DNA of 64,000 nt from Basidiobolus ranarum (taxonomy: Eukaryota): contig JASJQH010000001.1 of assembly GCA_040143965.1 (NCBI GenBank), forward strand, positions 1-64,000, in the 5' to 3' direction. The translations under genes and the position numbers were made by a program. Shown here one piece after another: positions 12,001 to 23,210 of the stretch (the stretch's first letter is position 1; each line of letters begins with the position of its first letter). The notes under the pieces are model-generated. The model worked only from the letters and a program-made list of their open reading frames with translations, was not told the origin of the DNA and searched no databases.

Positions 12001-14991
12001 AAGGTTGCTGGTGACAAGAAGAAGAAGAGTGGAGCTAGTACCATTATCAAAAAGTTGGAGACTGCCAGTAAGAGCAACAGTCAAATTGATTGTGTTGTGG
12101 AGCTTGTAAAGGAAGATTATCTCGTTCTCTCTCTCCCCAACAATGGCAACTTCATTGCTTTCGCTTCTACTAAATCTTACAACTACCGCGCCAAGCCATT
12201 CATTCGTTATAAGCCTGGTCAATCCCTCAAGGCCGTTATATCGAAGATAATCAAGGGTACTCATCAACGAGTTTTGATGACTATTAGCCAGGAAGTTGTA
12301 ACAAAACAAGCTAAGGGTGTCTTCGCTAGATTGGCTAAAGATCCCTTCGATAAAACCGTTGAATCTTTTGATGATTATCAACCTGGTAGAATCACTAAGG
12401 GTCAAGTTGCATCCATCAAGGAGATGCAAGTGAACATCAACCTCGCCGCAAATATCAAGGGCAGAGTACATATCTCCGAAGTGTATGATCAATTTGACGA
12501 CATCAAGGATAAGGCACAGATTTTCAAGAATCTCAAGCCTGGATCTATTATTGATGTTAAAGTCATCGGTTATCATGATGCTAAATCTCACAAGTATCTA
12601 CCCATCACTCACCGCACCTCTGCCGCTAAAACCGTTGTAGAGTTAACCATCAAACCTAGTGAGATGGGAGTGCAAAACGAGTTGGCAGTCGACCGTCCTC
12701 AATTGGAGGAGTTAACAGTTGGCACCCAGTTGACTGGTTTTGTTCAAAAAGCGCAAGATGATGGTTTGTGGGTCTATGTCTCTCCTAACATGCGTGGACG
12801 TGTCCTTCCTATTTATGCTTCAAATGATCTCGACGTCGTCCAGAACATTTCCAAGCATTTCACAACTGGTATGGCTGTTCGCTGTAATATCCTTGATATT
12901 AACACCGAGAAATATATTCTTGATTTGGCCCTTATTTCTGAATCCAGCACTGCCGTTCATACCTTTGAAGATGTTAAGGTTGGCAGCACCATTGTTGGTC
13001 GCGTTGCCAATGTCAAGCCTACTGGTCTTAACATCCAAATATCTAAGAATGTGTATGGCCGAGTTGGTATGACTGACATTTACGATACATACGTATCTGA
13101 ACCTGCTAAGGATTTCAAGAAAGATAAGTATGTCAAATGCTTTGTTCTTGATGTTGACGTTCACAATCATCAGATCGATCTCTCCTTGAGACCTTCTTGC
13201 TTCGACAATTCTATCAAGGTAGTTGACCAAAAGATTCAAGATGTTCAAGAGATCGAAGTCAACAGCATTGTTCGTGGTTATGTCAAGAACATCAATGATA
13301 ATGGTTGCTTCGTTAGCTTGAATCGTAACCTTGCAGGTCGTGTCAAGATTTCCGAAATCTCCGATGCATTTGTAAAGGACTGGAAGACTGAAGTAAAGAT
13401 TGGTCAATTGGTCACCGCTCGCGTTCTCGCCGTTGACACCGCTTCTAAGCGTATTGAACTTTCTTTGAAGAAATCTCAAGTGGATCCTAATGTCGCTCCT
13501 TTGTTAACATTTGCTGACATTCAAGAAGGAGATAAGATCAAGGGTTCCATCAAACGTGTTGAGACCTATGGTGTTTTCATCAGAATTGAGAATAGTAACA
13601 TTAGTGGCTTGTGCCACATTAGTGAAGTATCTGAGACTAAAGTCAGTGATCTTAACAAGCTATACTCTGTTGGTGACCGTGTTAAGGCTGCCATTTTGAA
13701 GGTAGATACCGAAAACAAGAAGGTTTCCTTCGGTCTCAAGGCTACCTATTTCAACGATGATGATATGGAGTCGGATAGCAGCGATGAAGAGCCTCAAGAA
13801 TCCATGGATGTTGATGAGGATGAAGAAGTCTCCGATAGTGAAGATGAAGCTGGTCAAAGTCTTTTGGATATTGAGGCTGAATCATCTGAGGATGAAGATG
13901 AAGATGTAGAAGAAAATGAAAGCGAAGAAGATGAAGAAAGTGAGGAGGAAGATGAAGCAGAGGATGACGATGATAACGAAAGTGAAGAGGAAGGTGATGC
14001 CATGGAGGTTGATTCTGCTCTCCCTACCTCTGGCTTCAAATGGGACGAAACTGAAGAAACCAAGGAGGAGATGAATTTGAGTGATTCTGATAACTCTGAA
14101 GACTCCGATGATGAATCCCAAAAGAAGAAGAAAAAGAAGAGTCAAAAGTCAGAAACTGTTGATGTTACTGCTGACCTTGCTCAATCTGCACCCACTGTTG
14201 CCGCAGATTATGAGCGACTTTTGCTTGGTTCTCCCAACTCATCATACTTGTGGATCAACTACATGGCTTTCCAACTCCAATTGTCTGAAATTCAAAAAGC
14301 TCGCGAGATTGGTGAGCGTGCAATTAAGGCCATTAATTTCCGCGAAGAGCAAGAAAGAATGAACGTTTGGGTTGCTTTGATGAATTTGGAAAACAAATTC
14401 GGAAGTGAGGAATCCATGGAACAAGTATTCCAACGTGCTGTTCAAGTGTGCGAGCCTAAGAAAATCTACTTGCAACTCGTCCAAATCTATGAGCGTTCTG
14501 ACAAGATGGATCTTGCTGAGCAACTCTATAAAACTACTACCAAGAAATTCGGTGCTAGTTCTAAAGTTTGGACCAACTTCGGTCTCTTCTATTTAAAGCA
14601 AGGTAAAGTTGATCTTGCCCGTGAACTTCTCCAACGTAGTTTGAAGAGCTTAGCCAAGAGAAAGCATATCAAGACCATCACCAAGTTTGCTCAACTTGAA
14701 TTCAAATATGGAGAGCCTGAACGTGGTAGAACCATTTTTGAAGGCATCATGAGTAACTACCCTAAGCGAGTAGATCTTTGGTCTATCTATCTTGATATGG
14801 AAACTCGTGTTGGTGATCAAGCAATCATCCGTCGTCTCTTCCAGCGTGTTACTAGTTTGAAGTTGTCTTCCAAGAAGATGAAGTTCTTCTTCAAGAAGTG
14901 GTTAGCTTATGAGAAGAAGTTTGGAGATAGCAAGAGCGAGATGGAAGTGAAGCAACGTGCGCTAGCCTATATTGAATCCATCAGTTCTTAA
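9055..14991 (+). CDS. RRP5: rRNA biogenesis protein Rrp5 (S1 repeats plus C-terminal HAT/TPR), intronless, 1978 aa
   Basis: N-terminal DFPRGG, many S1 repeats (G..H.SE..D), an acidic linker, and the C-terminal block ERLLLGSPNSSYLWINYMAFQLQLSEI...PKRVDLWSIYLDME. Confidence 0.97.
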   Translation: MANPKRQRNESTSVGKPDSKDQKKDKKKSEKVHKTSDADSSKAAVSAIEDFPRGGSTGLTPLEYKDISRQVNQDILFADTAAGLEEPPTKKAKSSKKSKKQKSSTSTNEEEKEEKPKRIESLNFKRLATGTLMMGVVTQINELDIAVSLPNHLIGFVSITEVSDAISKAVEAAARAEEDSDDEGSDPVLPSLNELFKIGQYVNCAVTKLEGSSDKSASAKKRIELSLNPSTVNAGIMKDDLCEGMLLSVSIQSVEDHGYLLSMGVDGVTGFLHKNDAASYIKENGDQPLSVGQVLLCGIKSVPENNRTINMTLDQQVLVKATPAHTLSNMSSLVPATLINGMITAINPNGLTCKFMGFYDGTVDFNHIGFIVESEDDISKAFEVGQKIRARILYMSLGVNEKVIGLSLAPQILSLSQPKITGFDFKDNGKMIPIGTIFEKVTVRRVDSGVGILCEIDGVEGVVGHTHISRLSDSHVASLSGHSGKYKIGSKHPARVVGYDSLDCVLQLSMQKSILDEKYLNIDDIKVGEVIKGKIHKLINNGILIEFSSTINGFVPSMHMSDIKLLHPEKKFKAGDKVKCRVLHTDAAQKKVILTLKKSLVSSTLPIFKSYHDATPGATTHGVITSVKPTGCIVTFFDNVKGFAPLPELSDSFIKDPTSYFNIGQVTKCRVLTVDPEREQLRVSFKSGTTSEATKVTHNTDLGVISLGEVVSGKVTSLLEDAIHLILEPSNIRATLPVSHLSDHLGTILKTIVGSIKVGDTLNDLVVFAKNEQKSVAMVSKKPLLVKAAKANQLPKSIEDVSVGSIVPGYVRSVTDFGVFVGFLGDFGGVSFKNNISDQFVASPADHFTPQQTVLCNVTSVNVEEGKIELSLKPSQTPVDKTSYAKNSDFIEEYFEELNEGHTEQYSHPGEYVQGKVQQMLPYGWIVELEHGMSGFVTNEQTKDVSAKVGDEIVGKILDVNPEKKIYDLTLKSEHVSASDKAKVAGDKKKKSGASTIIKKLETASKSNSQIDCVVELVKEDYLVLSLPNNGNFIAFASTKSYNYRAKPFIRYKPGQSLKAVISKIIKGTHQRVLMTISQEVVTKQAKGVFARLAKDPFDKTVESFDDYQPGRITKGQVASIKEMQVNINLAANIKGRVHISEVYDQFDDIKDKAQIFKNLKPGSIIDVKVIGYHDAKSHKYLPITHRTSAAKTVVELTIKPSEMGVQNELAVDRPQLEELTVGTQLTGFVQKAQDDGLWVYVSPNMRGRVLPIYASNDLDVVQNISKHFTTGMAVRCNILDINTEKYILDLALISESSTAVHTFEDVKVGSTIVGRVANVKPTGLNIQISKNVYGRVGMTDIYDTYVSEPAKDFKKDKYVKCFVLDVDVHNHQIDLSLRPSCFDNSIKVVDQKIQDVQEIEVNSIVRGYVKNINDNGCFVSLNRNLAGRVKISEISDAFVKDWKTEVKIGQLVTARVLAVDTASKRIELSLKKSQVDPNVAPLLTFADIQEGDKIKGSIKRVETYGVFIRIENSNISGLCHISEVSETKVSDLNKLYSVGDRVKAAILKVDTENKKVSFGLKATYFNDDDMESDSSDEEPQESMDVDEDEEVSDSEDEAGQSLLDIEAESSEDEDEDVEENESEEDEESEEEDEAEDDDDNESEEEGDAMEVDSALPTSGFKWDETEETKEEMNLSDSDNSEDSDDESQKKKKKKSQKSETVDVTADLAQSAPTVAADYERLLLGSPNSSYLWINYMAFQLQLSEIQKAREIGERAIKAINFREEQERMNVWVALMNLENKFGSEESMEQVFQRAVQVCEPKKIYLQLVQIYERSDKMDLAEQLYKTTTKKFGASSKVWTNFGLFYLKQGKVDLARELLQRSLKSLAKRKHIKTITKFAQLEFKYGEPERGRTIFEGIMSNYPKRVDLWSIYLDMETRVGDQAIIRRLFQRVTSLKLSSKKMKFFFKKWLAYEKKFGDSKSEMEVKQRALAYIESISS

Positions 14992-15587
14992 GTTCAACCC
15001 CATCCTCCTTTTTGAATTCACCCTCATTAAGGCGACCTCGATGGCATGTTAGTTAGAAATTAATTTTTTTATACTTTTAGAATCAAACCAGGTCTTATCT
15101 TGGTTATTAACAGAATTGATGATAGTTTCCTGCTTATACTTCTTAAATCTCGAATTGTCTCTTGTATATTTTTTCGCTGAAGCCTCTTTTCCCTCAATTT
15201 ATATGCATTAATAAATGTTATCCCAATTATGAGTAATTCAGAATCATCTAAGCCACGGCCAATATATTACGGAAATTGTGCCAGTAGATGACTGACTAAT
15301 GGAGGATCATATCATATGTGTTACAAAATCTAATCCGCCCGATCGAGTACTACTCTACAGGAGATAGGAGATGTAGTTTCAATTAGTAATGCTTGGAAGC
15401 TGTGTTCTTGTGTGCTCTAAATCAGGTACCTACAAAAAAATCCATTGGTAAATCAAGGATTCTGTTGAAAATTTTCTTTTATATTGTTTAATTTAGAATC
15501 TTTCAATGAAAGCTTAGACTAACAAACCAGAGTTAAATTATCAAGTCTTTTCATTTGGTAGCTCGTTTCTCTTTCGATATAGCCATC

Positions 15588-17872
15588 ATGACTAACGAAT
15601 TGAGTGACAAAATCACAGTAGTATTCGCCTCGCAAACTGGGAATGCTGAATCTATTGCTAGAAACATTTGTGACGAAGCTAATGCTCGTAACTTTCAAAG
15701 CAAATGTATTGTCGCTGACGAACTCGATAAGGTTACTCCTATAGTTTTTTTACTTTGTCGATAAATCTTAACCATATTCAATAGAGTACACTTGAGGCCG
15801 AGAATGTTCTAGTATTCGTTGTTTCTACCACCGGTGATGGTGATCCACCAGATAACAGTATCAAATTTTGGAGACAAATGAGAAAAATGAAGTCCCAAGA
15901 CATCCTTCCTCACATTCAATATACTATCTTAGGTATGTAACATTTATATATATGTATATATTTGAATTGTGGATTTAATATTCTAACGCGGGAAAAAGGC
16001 TTGGGTGATACAAACTATGACAATTTCTGTAATACCGCTAAGAGACTCGACCGAAAGCTACAAGAGGTGGGTGCAAATAGCTTCTATCCTAAAGGGTTGG
16101 CTGACGATGCTACTGGGTAATTTTGGATAATAGAGAATATTTTTATTCGAGTAACTACTGAACTTATTTCTTAGTTTGGAGGAAATTGTAGATCCCTGGA
16201 TTGAAGGCTTGTGGGATGCGCTTACTAAAGTTTGCAAGCAAAATACAGAAGCAGATAGAGTTGATCATATTACCAGTACTATAGATCATATGAATGTGGA
16301 GTCTTCTGGACTTAGTGCCGCTGAAACCAATCAACTCCATAATGGGCACAAAATCTCTATTAAAGAGGATGCTTTGTCAAATCTTTCTCAGCTTACTGGC
16401 CTACCTCGCTTACCTAACAACGTATGTAAAATAGTAGATTCTGCTAATTCAGAGGTTGCCAAGACCGAACATGGTGTGCCAGAATATCTCAAAGTACCTG
16501 GATCCGTGTTCACAGGGAAAATTAAAAGCGCTCGTGTATTAACATCTCCCGAGGCAATTAAGAGAACTATCCATCTTAATGTAGATGTATCTGATTGCAA
16601 GGACGATTTAGAATATGCTGCTGGTGATGCTTTCGGTATTATTTGCCCCAACAGCGATCTTCTTGTTTCTGGTATCTTTGAACGACTTGGGGTCTCTGTA
16701 GAAGAATCAAAGAAAGTGATCGACATTGAGCCTCTTACTGAGGGCACATCACTTCCTACGCATCTTCAAGCTGTCAAGAGCACTACTATTGAAGATATCT
16801 TTAGATATGTTACTGACTTGACCAGTCTGCCCAAAAAAGGTTTCTTGAGAATGTTGGCTGAGCATACTAGTGACGAAATTGAAAAGAAGTTGCTACTTTT
16901 ACTGTGTAGCAAACAAGGTGCATCAGAGTTCAATTCTCTCAAAGAACAGATGCCAACACTGCTCGACATTCTCTCAACCTTTCCCTCTTGTAAGCCTCCA
17001 ATTGCTCGTTTGATAGAAAATTTACCACCACATCAACCCCGCTATTACTCTGTGTCAAACTCTCCTCTTAAGAATCCTAAACTGCTCAGCTTTGCCTTCA
17101 ACATTGTCAAGTACACCTCACCAGAGCCTTTTAATGTTCCTAAGATTGGTGTATGCACGCCTTGGCTTGACGAGCTCTCGGGTCTTGTTCAAACCAAAGA
17201 GGAGAGTAGCATCCACAACCCTGAGCAAGGATCCATTCCAATGTTCCTAAAAAAGGCACAAACCCCATTTACTCTTCCATCCAATACTACCACTCCGGTC
17301 ATCATGGTTGGCCCCGGTACTGGTGTAGCACCGTTCGTTGGATTTTGCCAGCATCGCGATGAGCAAAGAAAAATCAAAGCACGAATGGGTACCCTGGGTA
17401 GAAATTCGGCAATGGATATTGAGAACAGTTTCGGAGAAATGTGGCTATTTTACGGGTGTAGACATAAGGAAAGAGATTTCCTCTATCGCGAAGAGCTTGA
17501 GGATATGAAGAATCGTGATGTGATAAAGGAATTGGCGGTTTGTTTTAGCAGAGAAGCTAAAGACGGTGAGCCAAAATATGTTCAAGACAATCTTAGAATA
17601 CATGGTGAAGAAATATATAAATTGATGACCGAGAAGAATGCTCATTTCTATGTGTGCGGTGACGCCAAAAACATGGCCAAAGGAGTTAACGAGGCTCTTA
17701 CGGATATTCTTTGTGAGCATGGTGGTTTAGAAAAAATGGAAGCTATCGGTAAACTTGGCGAATGGACTAAGGACGGCAGGATTCTCAGAGATCTCGTAAG
17801 TGCTCAAAAATATATCGGAAATGCATACATTTTTAATTAATTGAATTCTTGTTTTATTTCTAGTGGGCATAG
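15588..17872 (+). CDS. MTRR: Methionine synthase reductase (diflavin FMN/FAD/NADPH reductase), 5 exons
   Basis: FASQTGNAESIA, VSTTGDGDPPDN, LGLGDTNYDNFCN, GLADDATGLEEIVDPWIEGLW (MTRR-like), RYYSVSN, GVCTPWL, MVGPGTGVAPF, YVCGDAKNMAKGV. No N-terminal membrane anchor. The last exon (17864-17872) encodes W-A-stop. Confidence 0.85.
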
Positions 17873-18195
17873 GTTCTTTGCGTATATTCGAGTGAAAGTA
17901 GTTGGAATTTATGAGCAGTAACTTCATATAGAGCATGTACTTTTTTAACCACCGTTGAGCATAATATCCAAATAATTGAACCGCATTCATTATTTACCAT
18001 CATCTTATTAAATCAATAAAAATCATATCAACATGCTAAGATATATATTGTGAATAGTCTTCAGTGGACTGTGCTGTTGAGAAAATAACCGCCACTAAAA
18101 CTATTGCATAAGTAGAGCTACTGATAGAAGCAAAGAATACGGACTGATTGTTATTGGAAAGGCGTCAATGGATAATCTCTAGTTGCACAAAACAT

Positions 18196-18674
18196 TTATT
18201 TTACTTGGATGTTGTACTTTTTCTGGAAAGCACCAAATTCCTCTTCTTTCTTTTTATAACTCTGAAGTAGCTGCTCAATGACCTTTTTAATCTATCAATA
18301 AACATTTCAACAATAAGTAAAACGCTATATACTTTTTGGATTTATAACAAACTTACTCCATCTTGATTGGTTTGGAGGGCAGGTAACACATCTTTAACAG
18401 TACGTTCAACTAGAACGCCGCCAACCAAACGAAAGCATTTACGTTCGGGATCTAATGGAGAGATGGTATCTATAACAAGTCTAGACAAGTAATATTAGTT
18501 ATTAGTATTGAAGAGTTAAGGGGAATTGATGAATATAAGTAAAGCTTGGTATTACTTGTGCTCCTCGGTTTCCATTTCTAACTCTCCCACTTTTTGTGCA
18601 ATAGCTTGAAGCTCCTGCTTCATACCATTGAATTGCGCCACGATCTCTTGGTCACTTGGCTTCTTTTGAGACAT
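18196..18674 (-). CDS. GIM4: Prefoldin subunit 2, 3 exons (absent from the ORF track)
   Basis: Spliced translation MSQKKPSDQEIVAQFNGMKQELQAIAQKVGELEMETEEHK|LVIDTISPLDPERKCFRLVGGVLVERTVKDVLPALQTNQDG|...KKYNIQVK*. Confidence 0.92.
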
Positions 18675-19245
18675 TGTGAATAGAAAGTAAACATTGTCCC
18701 GTCCAGTATCAGAGGGCTAAATATTGATTTTTTTGCACCATTGGTAATCAAGTGGAATAGAAATCTCAGATTTTAATGAGGAATTAGGTAGATACATATA
18801 AGAACTCTGAATTGAATCTGATTGTCTTCGTATTGATAAAGATGGAAGTCATTAACTCTACACAGAGTGAAGTCTCACATCCTACTTTTCATGCATCAAA
18901 GAATACCATACTTTGTGTATTTGACTGGGGAATATCAATATTAATGTGTGGAAAATGGACATGTTTGGATACGAGTACAGCTGGACTGGCTCTTCTAGCA
19001 GGCTTTGAAAAGTCTAGATTGATCAGCCTTGATTGCACGTGAGAGCCAATTTAACTAAAAGCGAGTGATGTAGAAAATTACTCAACGTGAGAACAATGTG
19101 CGGGCAAAGTCATTGCAACCTTTGAAGGGGTAATGAGGTCATGATCCAGGCCCAGCTAGTCGAGAGAGTGAAGCTCGTCGAAAGAATAATTCGGAAAATG
19201 CCAGGCTAGTAGAGTGAATGATTCGAAAGAGCGATTCTAGTGAGG

Positions 19246-19299
19246 AAGTATTGTTATTAGCCAGGACATCGTAAGTATTGTTATTAACCAAGGCATCGT
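19246..19299. repeat. 27-bp tandem duplication
   Basis: AAGTATTGTTATTAGCCAGGACATCGT / AAGTATTGTTATTAACCAAGGCATCGT. Confidence 0.75.
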
Positions 19300-19628
19300 C
19301 TTGATGGTATCTAGAGATTCATGTGGCTTCTTCCCAAATAGCGGCATGTGCTCTAATACCTGCTAACTCTAGGTGATGTTTCAAAGCACCTGTTGCTGGA
19401 TTTAGATAGCTTGGATGGAATCAAACCAATCATTCGTTCCTCGAATATCTTCTGACTGGACACTAGATCGTCATAAAAATCTCTCCTCTAAAATAGCACG
19501 GCTCTGCATTTGAAAGAACATTTAGATTGTCACGGGAAAACCATTGATTACTTGTATATAGATGATTTAGTATGACGTCGAGTTTTTTGACGAGTCTTTT
19601 GACTAGGTGCAACAACTCTTGTTATTTG

Positions 19629-19644
19629 GGGTTAGGGTTAGGGT
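19629..19644. promoter_or_regulatory. Short interstitial telomere-like motif (telo-box) upstream of the IFRD gene
   Basis: GGGTTAGGGTTAGGGT about 100 bp upstream of the ATG and about 45 bp upstream of TATATAAA. Confidence 0.5.
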
Positions 19645-19737
19645 AAATTTCACTGCGTATTTCCTTTTCTAGAGAATTGGCTGATATATAAAGTTATTGG
19701 CCTTGCTCTGTAATTTTCACGACTTGCTGCGTTAAAT

Positions 19738-21322
19738 ATGTCTCATTTATCAACAAAAAATCTACTCAAAAAGGCGGTAAAAAGCTCTAGCAGAGCTTCT
19801 AGTAGAGCCTCCAGTCGCGCTACTACTCCCGCTGGTAGTCGGCATGCATCTGATATAGAGGATGATTACTCCGATGCATCCGATTCTACCTTAGATTCAC
19901 TTGCTAGTTTCCAGGAGGATCTCACCATTATAGATTGGGGCGACGAATTAAAGAAAAATCTCGAAGATTTATCCGAGAAGAGGACAGCGTAATATTCTAT
20001 TTTTATCATATTTCAGTGTGAATTTAACTAATGTTATTTCTATCCGTGAATAGTACTCGCGAAACCGCTCTGTTGAAGCTCGCAAAGCTGTTGAGTCATA
20101 AATACTTAAATGAAGATTTGATTTCTCAGCGTAATACTATGATGGCAGCGCTGAAGAAATGTTTAAAGAAATCTGGAAGTGTTCAGGAGAAAATCTTGAC
20201 CACAAGAGGTAATTTATTTGCGAGTACTTTTCGCGAGCTACCAATTAACTGGGTTTGATTTTGTGTTAGTTATTGCTCTGTGCTTTATTACATTAGGAGC
20301 AGATGAAGAAAGTCTATACAAAGAATTTTCTCCAACTTTGAAAACTATTGTTAGTGATGTTGCTGACCCTGATATCCTTGCTGCAGTAAGTACTCTCTTC
20401 ATAAGCCTAGTTCGAGTATCTGGTTAACTCTTTTATTAGACTATCAATTGCCTATCGATGCTTTGTTTCGTTGCCAGCTCTGATGAACACGAAACTTTGA
20501 AACTTATGGATATGTTCACCAATGTCTTCAAAGATTCTCATCGAGCACCTCAAGCAGTTATCAGCGCTGTGAATGCTCATGGCTTACTATTCACCACTCT
20601 TGGAGGATCTTCACGTACCTCTCGCGATATCTTTGATAGGTAAATACACCTTTGCATGTAAACCTGAACCGTCATATTTACGAATTATTCTGTCTAGTTC
20701 AATGCCAATCTTAACCCGACTTTTGGAATCAACTTCCATGGAGTTACGTGTTGCTAGTGGAGAAAATATTGCTCTGATGATGGAAGTCTTAAGCAGCGTA
20801 AGTTATACAGTCTAAATGCATACGTTGCATGCTATTTTGATAGCTTGTATTGACGCGATTTTTATATAATAGGATACTCAATTTCACTATGACAGAATCG
20901 ATAATTTACTCATCTCACTGAATATGCTAGCTACTGATAGCAGTAAGCGTCGCTCAAAGAAAGATCGCTCTACTCAACGCTCTGCATTCCGTGATATTGT
21001 TAGCTCAATTGAAGATGGCGAGGCTCCCGAAGTAAAACTTAAATTCCACGGAGAAGTCATCAATTTTGATGGCTGGAGTGAGATCAAGCAGCTCAACGCG
21101 TTCCGTGAAGCACTTGCAGAGGGTCTTCATGTACATTTCCAATACAATGAGCTTTTGCATGACATATTTGAGGTTTCCTTTACACCGGATTCGGATGGTG
21201 AAGGCCATCAACCTCCCAGTTATGTTGTCTCTTCGAAATCAGAGTTATCCAAGATGAGATCTCAAGATATGACAAGACTGCGCCAACAACGCGGTAGACA
21301 TACAGGATTTTATGAAGATTAG
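19738..21322 (+). CDS. Interferon-related developmental regulator (IFRD) domain protein, about 6 exons
   Basis: Ser/acidic N-terminus, LEDLSEKRTASTRE, LRVASGENIALMME, LATDSSKRRSKKDRSTQRSAFRDI, GLHVHFQYNELLHDIF, all typical of the IFRD1/2 family. Confidence 0.85.
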
Positions 21323-21708
21323 ATTTTCAAAGTATTGTTCAGAGCATATATTCATTAGACCGTGTTCATATATAGTATTTTCAATTTCGTGTCTAGTTAG
21401 CCTTTTGACTTAACATTATAACTCTGCATATTACGCTCTCTCTTTTCCTTTTATTCAGTTTTTGTGTCAGTAACATAAATATTTACCTATAAAGTTAGAA
21501 TGGTGCAAAGGTTCCGTAGAGTTGCAATACATATTATATTATCTGAAAGTATAGTCACATCTATGAATCGCCTCAAGAAAAATATGTTCGTTCATAGTGT
21601 CCTCAGACATGATCTTATATCTCTTGACTTGAAAGTGTATGCTTTATTGGATTGCTGTAATGTGACAAGGATAGATTATACATAAATGAATATATCAAAC
21701 TAAAGACC

Positions 21709-22130
21709 CTAGTGGGCATCTTCACGTTTGTTGATGTAATCGATGGCTTGACCAACGGTCTTAATTTCATCAGCATCCTTGTCGGGAATCTCAACTGAGA
21801 ATTCCTCTTCGATAGCCATAACAACCTCGACAGTATCAAGGCTATCAAGACCAAGGTCCTTGTTGAAATGAGATTGGGCATTCAACTAAAAGAAAAAGAT
21901 TAGTAAAATGTAGTATTCTCTAGCTTTTGTAGTGAAAGGAGTACCTTGCTTTGATCAACTTTGTCATAACCTCTCAAAACGTCCAAAATTCTGCCTTCAA
22001 TGTCGGGGCGAGAAAGAGCACCAGCTGAGTAGAAACGAGAAAAGCCATAGGCTGTGGGATAAGCAGATCTGGCAATATTGGAAGCCGCGATAGAGCGAGC
22101 AATAGGACGAAGGGCGTTGAATCTGAGCAT
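21709..22130 (-). CDS. ACP1: Mitochondrial acyl carrier protein, 2 exons
   Basis: Arg/Ser-rich presequence, phosphopantetheine motif [26 protein letters not shown], one GT-AG intron near 21886-21944. Confidence 0.95.
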
Positions 22131-23210
22131 GGTTAAGGCAAAGGTAAGAGGTAAATGAAACCAAGTGGAGAATAGTGAACTGAGCCTCCAAAACTTCACA
22201 TAAATCCTTTCCCCCGCTCAAAAATTTGATTATCTCCAGGTTTTTTGGGGAAAAAGGCATGCTCGTCGCTGATTTGACCATAGTGTGTCAGTAAAGATTT
22301 GTACGTTGAGATAATCACCCCGCACTTTCTCTAACCCGTAGGCATCACTCACCTCCTCAGCTGATCTGGAATGATTAAACATAAAGTTAGTTTAACCAAA
22401 GTCTAACCAATGCTTCATCAATTAATGACGTTTTCAACTATCAAACTTAAATCGGATAAGATCATAAAAGTTGACCACCAGCTTAGAGACAAGTTCACAT
22501 AGCCTTTCTAAATAGCATCAATAGATATGGTGGAATGAAAGTTGAGTGTCTTTATTCTACTTACTCAGGCTTCCTTCTATTGCATGGGGTTGCACAGGGA
22601 ACCCCTCTCAGGGAAGTTACAAGAGAACGTAATTCATTATAATGATGAGTGTAATTTTATCGAATTTGTTAAAATATATTGGGTTTTTGACTTGCCTCGA
22701 TTTTCATCATTACACTGATGAAAATATGAGATTTCTTAGCTATACAGAACATGGATTTTTGGCCTAGCATTTCCACATCCCTTTTAACACCAGCAAGTGC
22801 GTCTCTTTTCTTTCATTTGAATACTCTTCCAAAGTTTAATCCAAAAATTCTCTTGATAGTAATTTAATTTCATCAAGTAGACTCACTATAATAAGGTAAG
22901 AGAATGCCGTAAGCGTTACCGAAAGCTCTTTTATTATGAGGTTTTTTTAAGCACGGTGTATCCGAATTCCTCTAACTCTTCATTTTTGTACTTCTATGCA
23001 ACGTATTATGTTTATACCAGGTGACGTTTGTGTTTTTGTGACTAAATATATGGATTGTAATTTAAAAACACTCCTCAAGGTGGGTTTCTATATTAAATTT
23101 TGGTTCATACTTTTATTCTTGTCATTAAAAGTGGGTTTTTCTCAAATTTGAAGTAGAAGCATAAACAACGTCAAATTTACTCGTAACTGTTTTGAACGGT
23201 GTTGAAATCA

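Noticed and set aside
11545-13479. Long antisense ORFs (348 aa and 219 aa) inside RRP5
   Set aside because: Shadow frames expected from biased sense-strand codon usage; no recognisable protein features.
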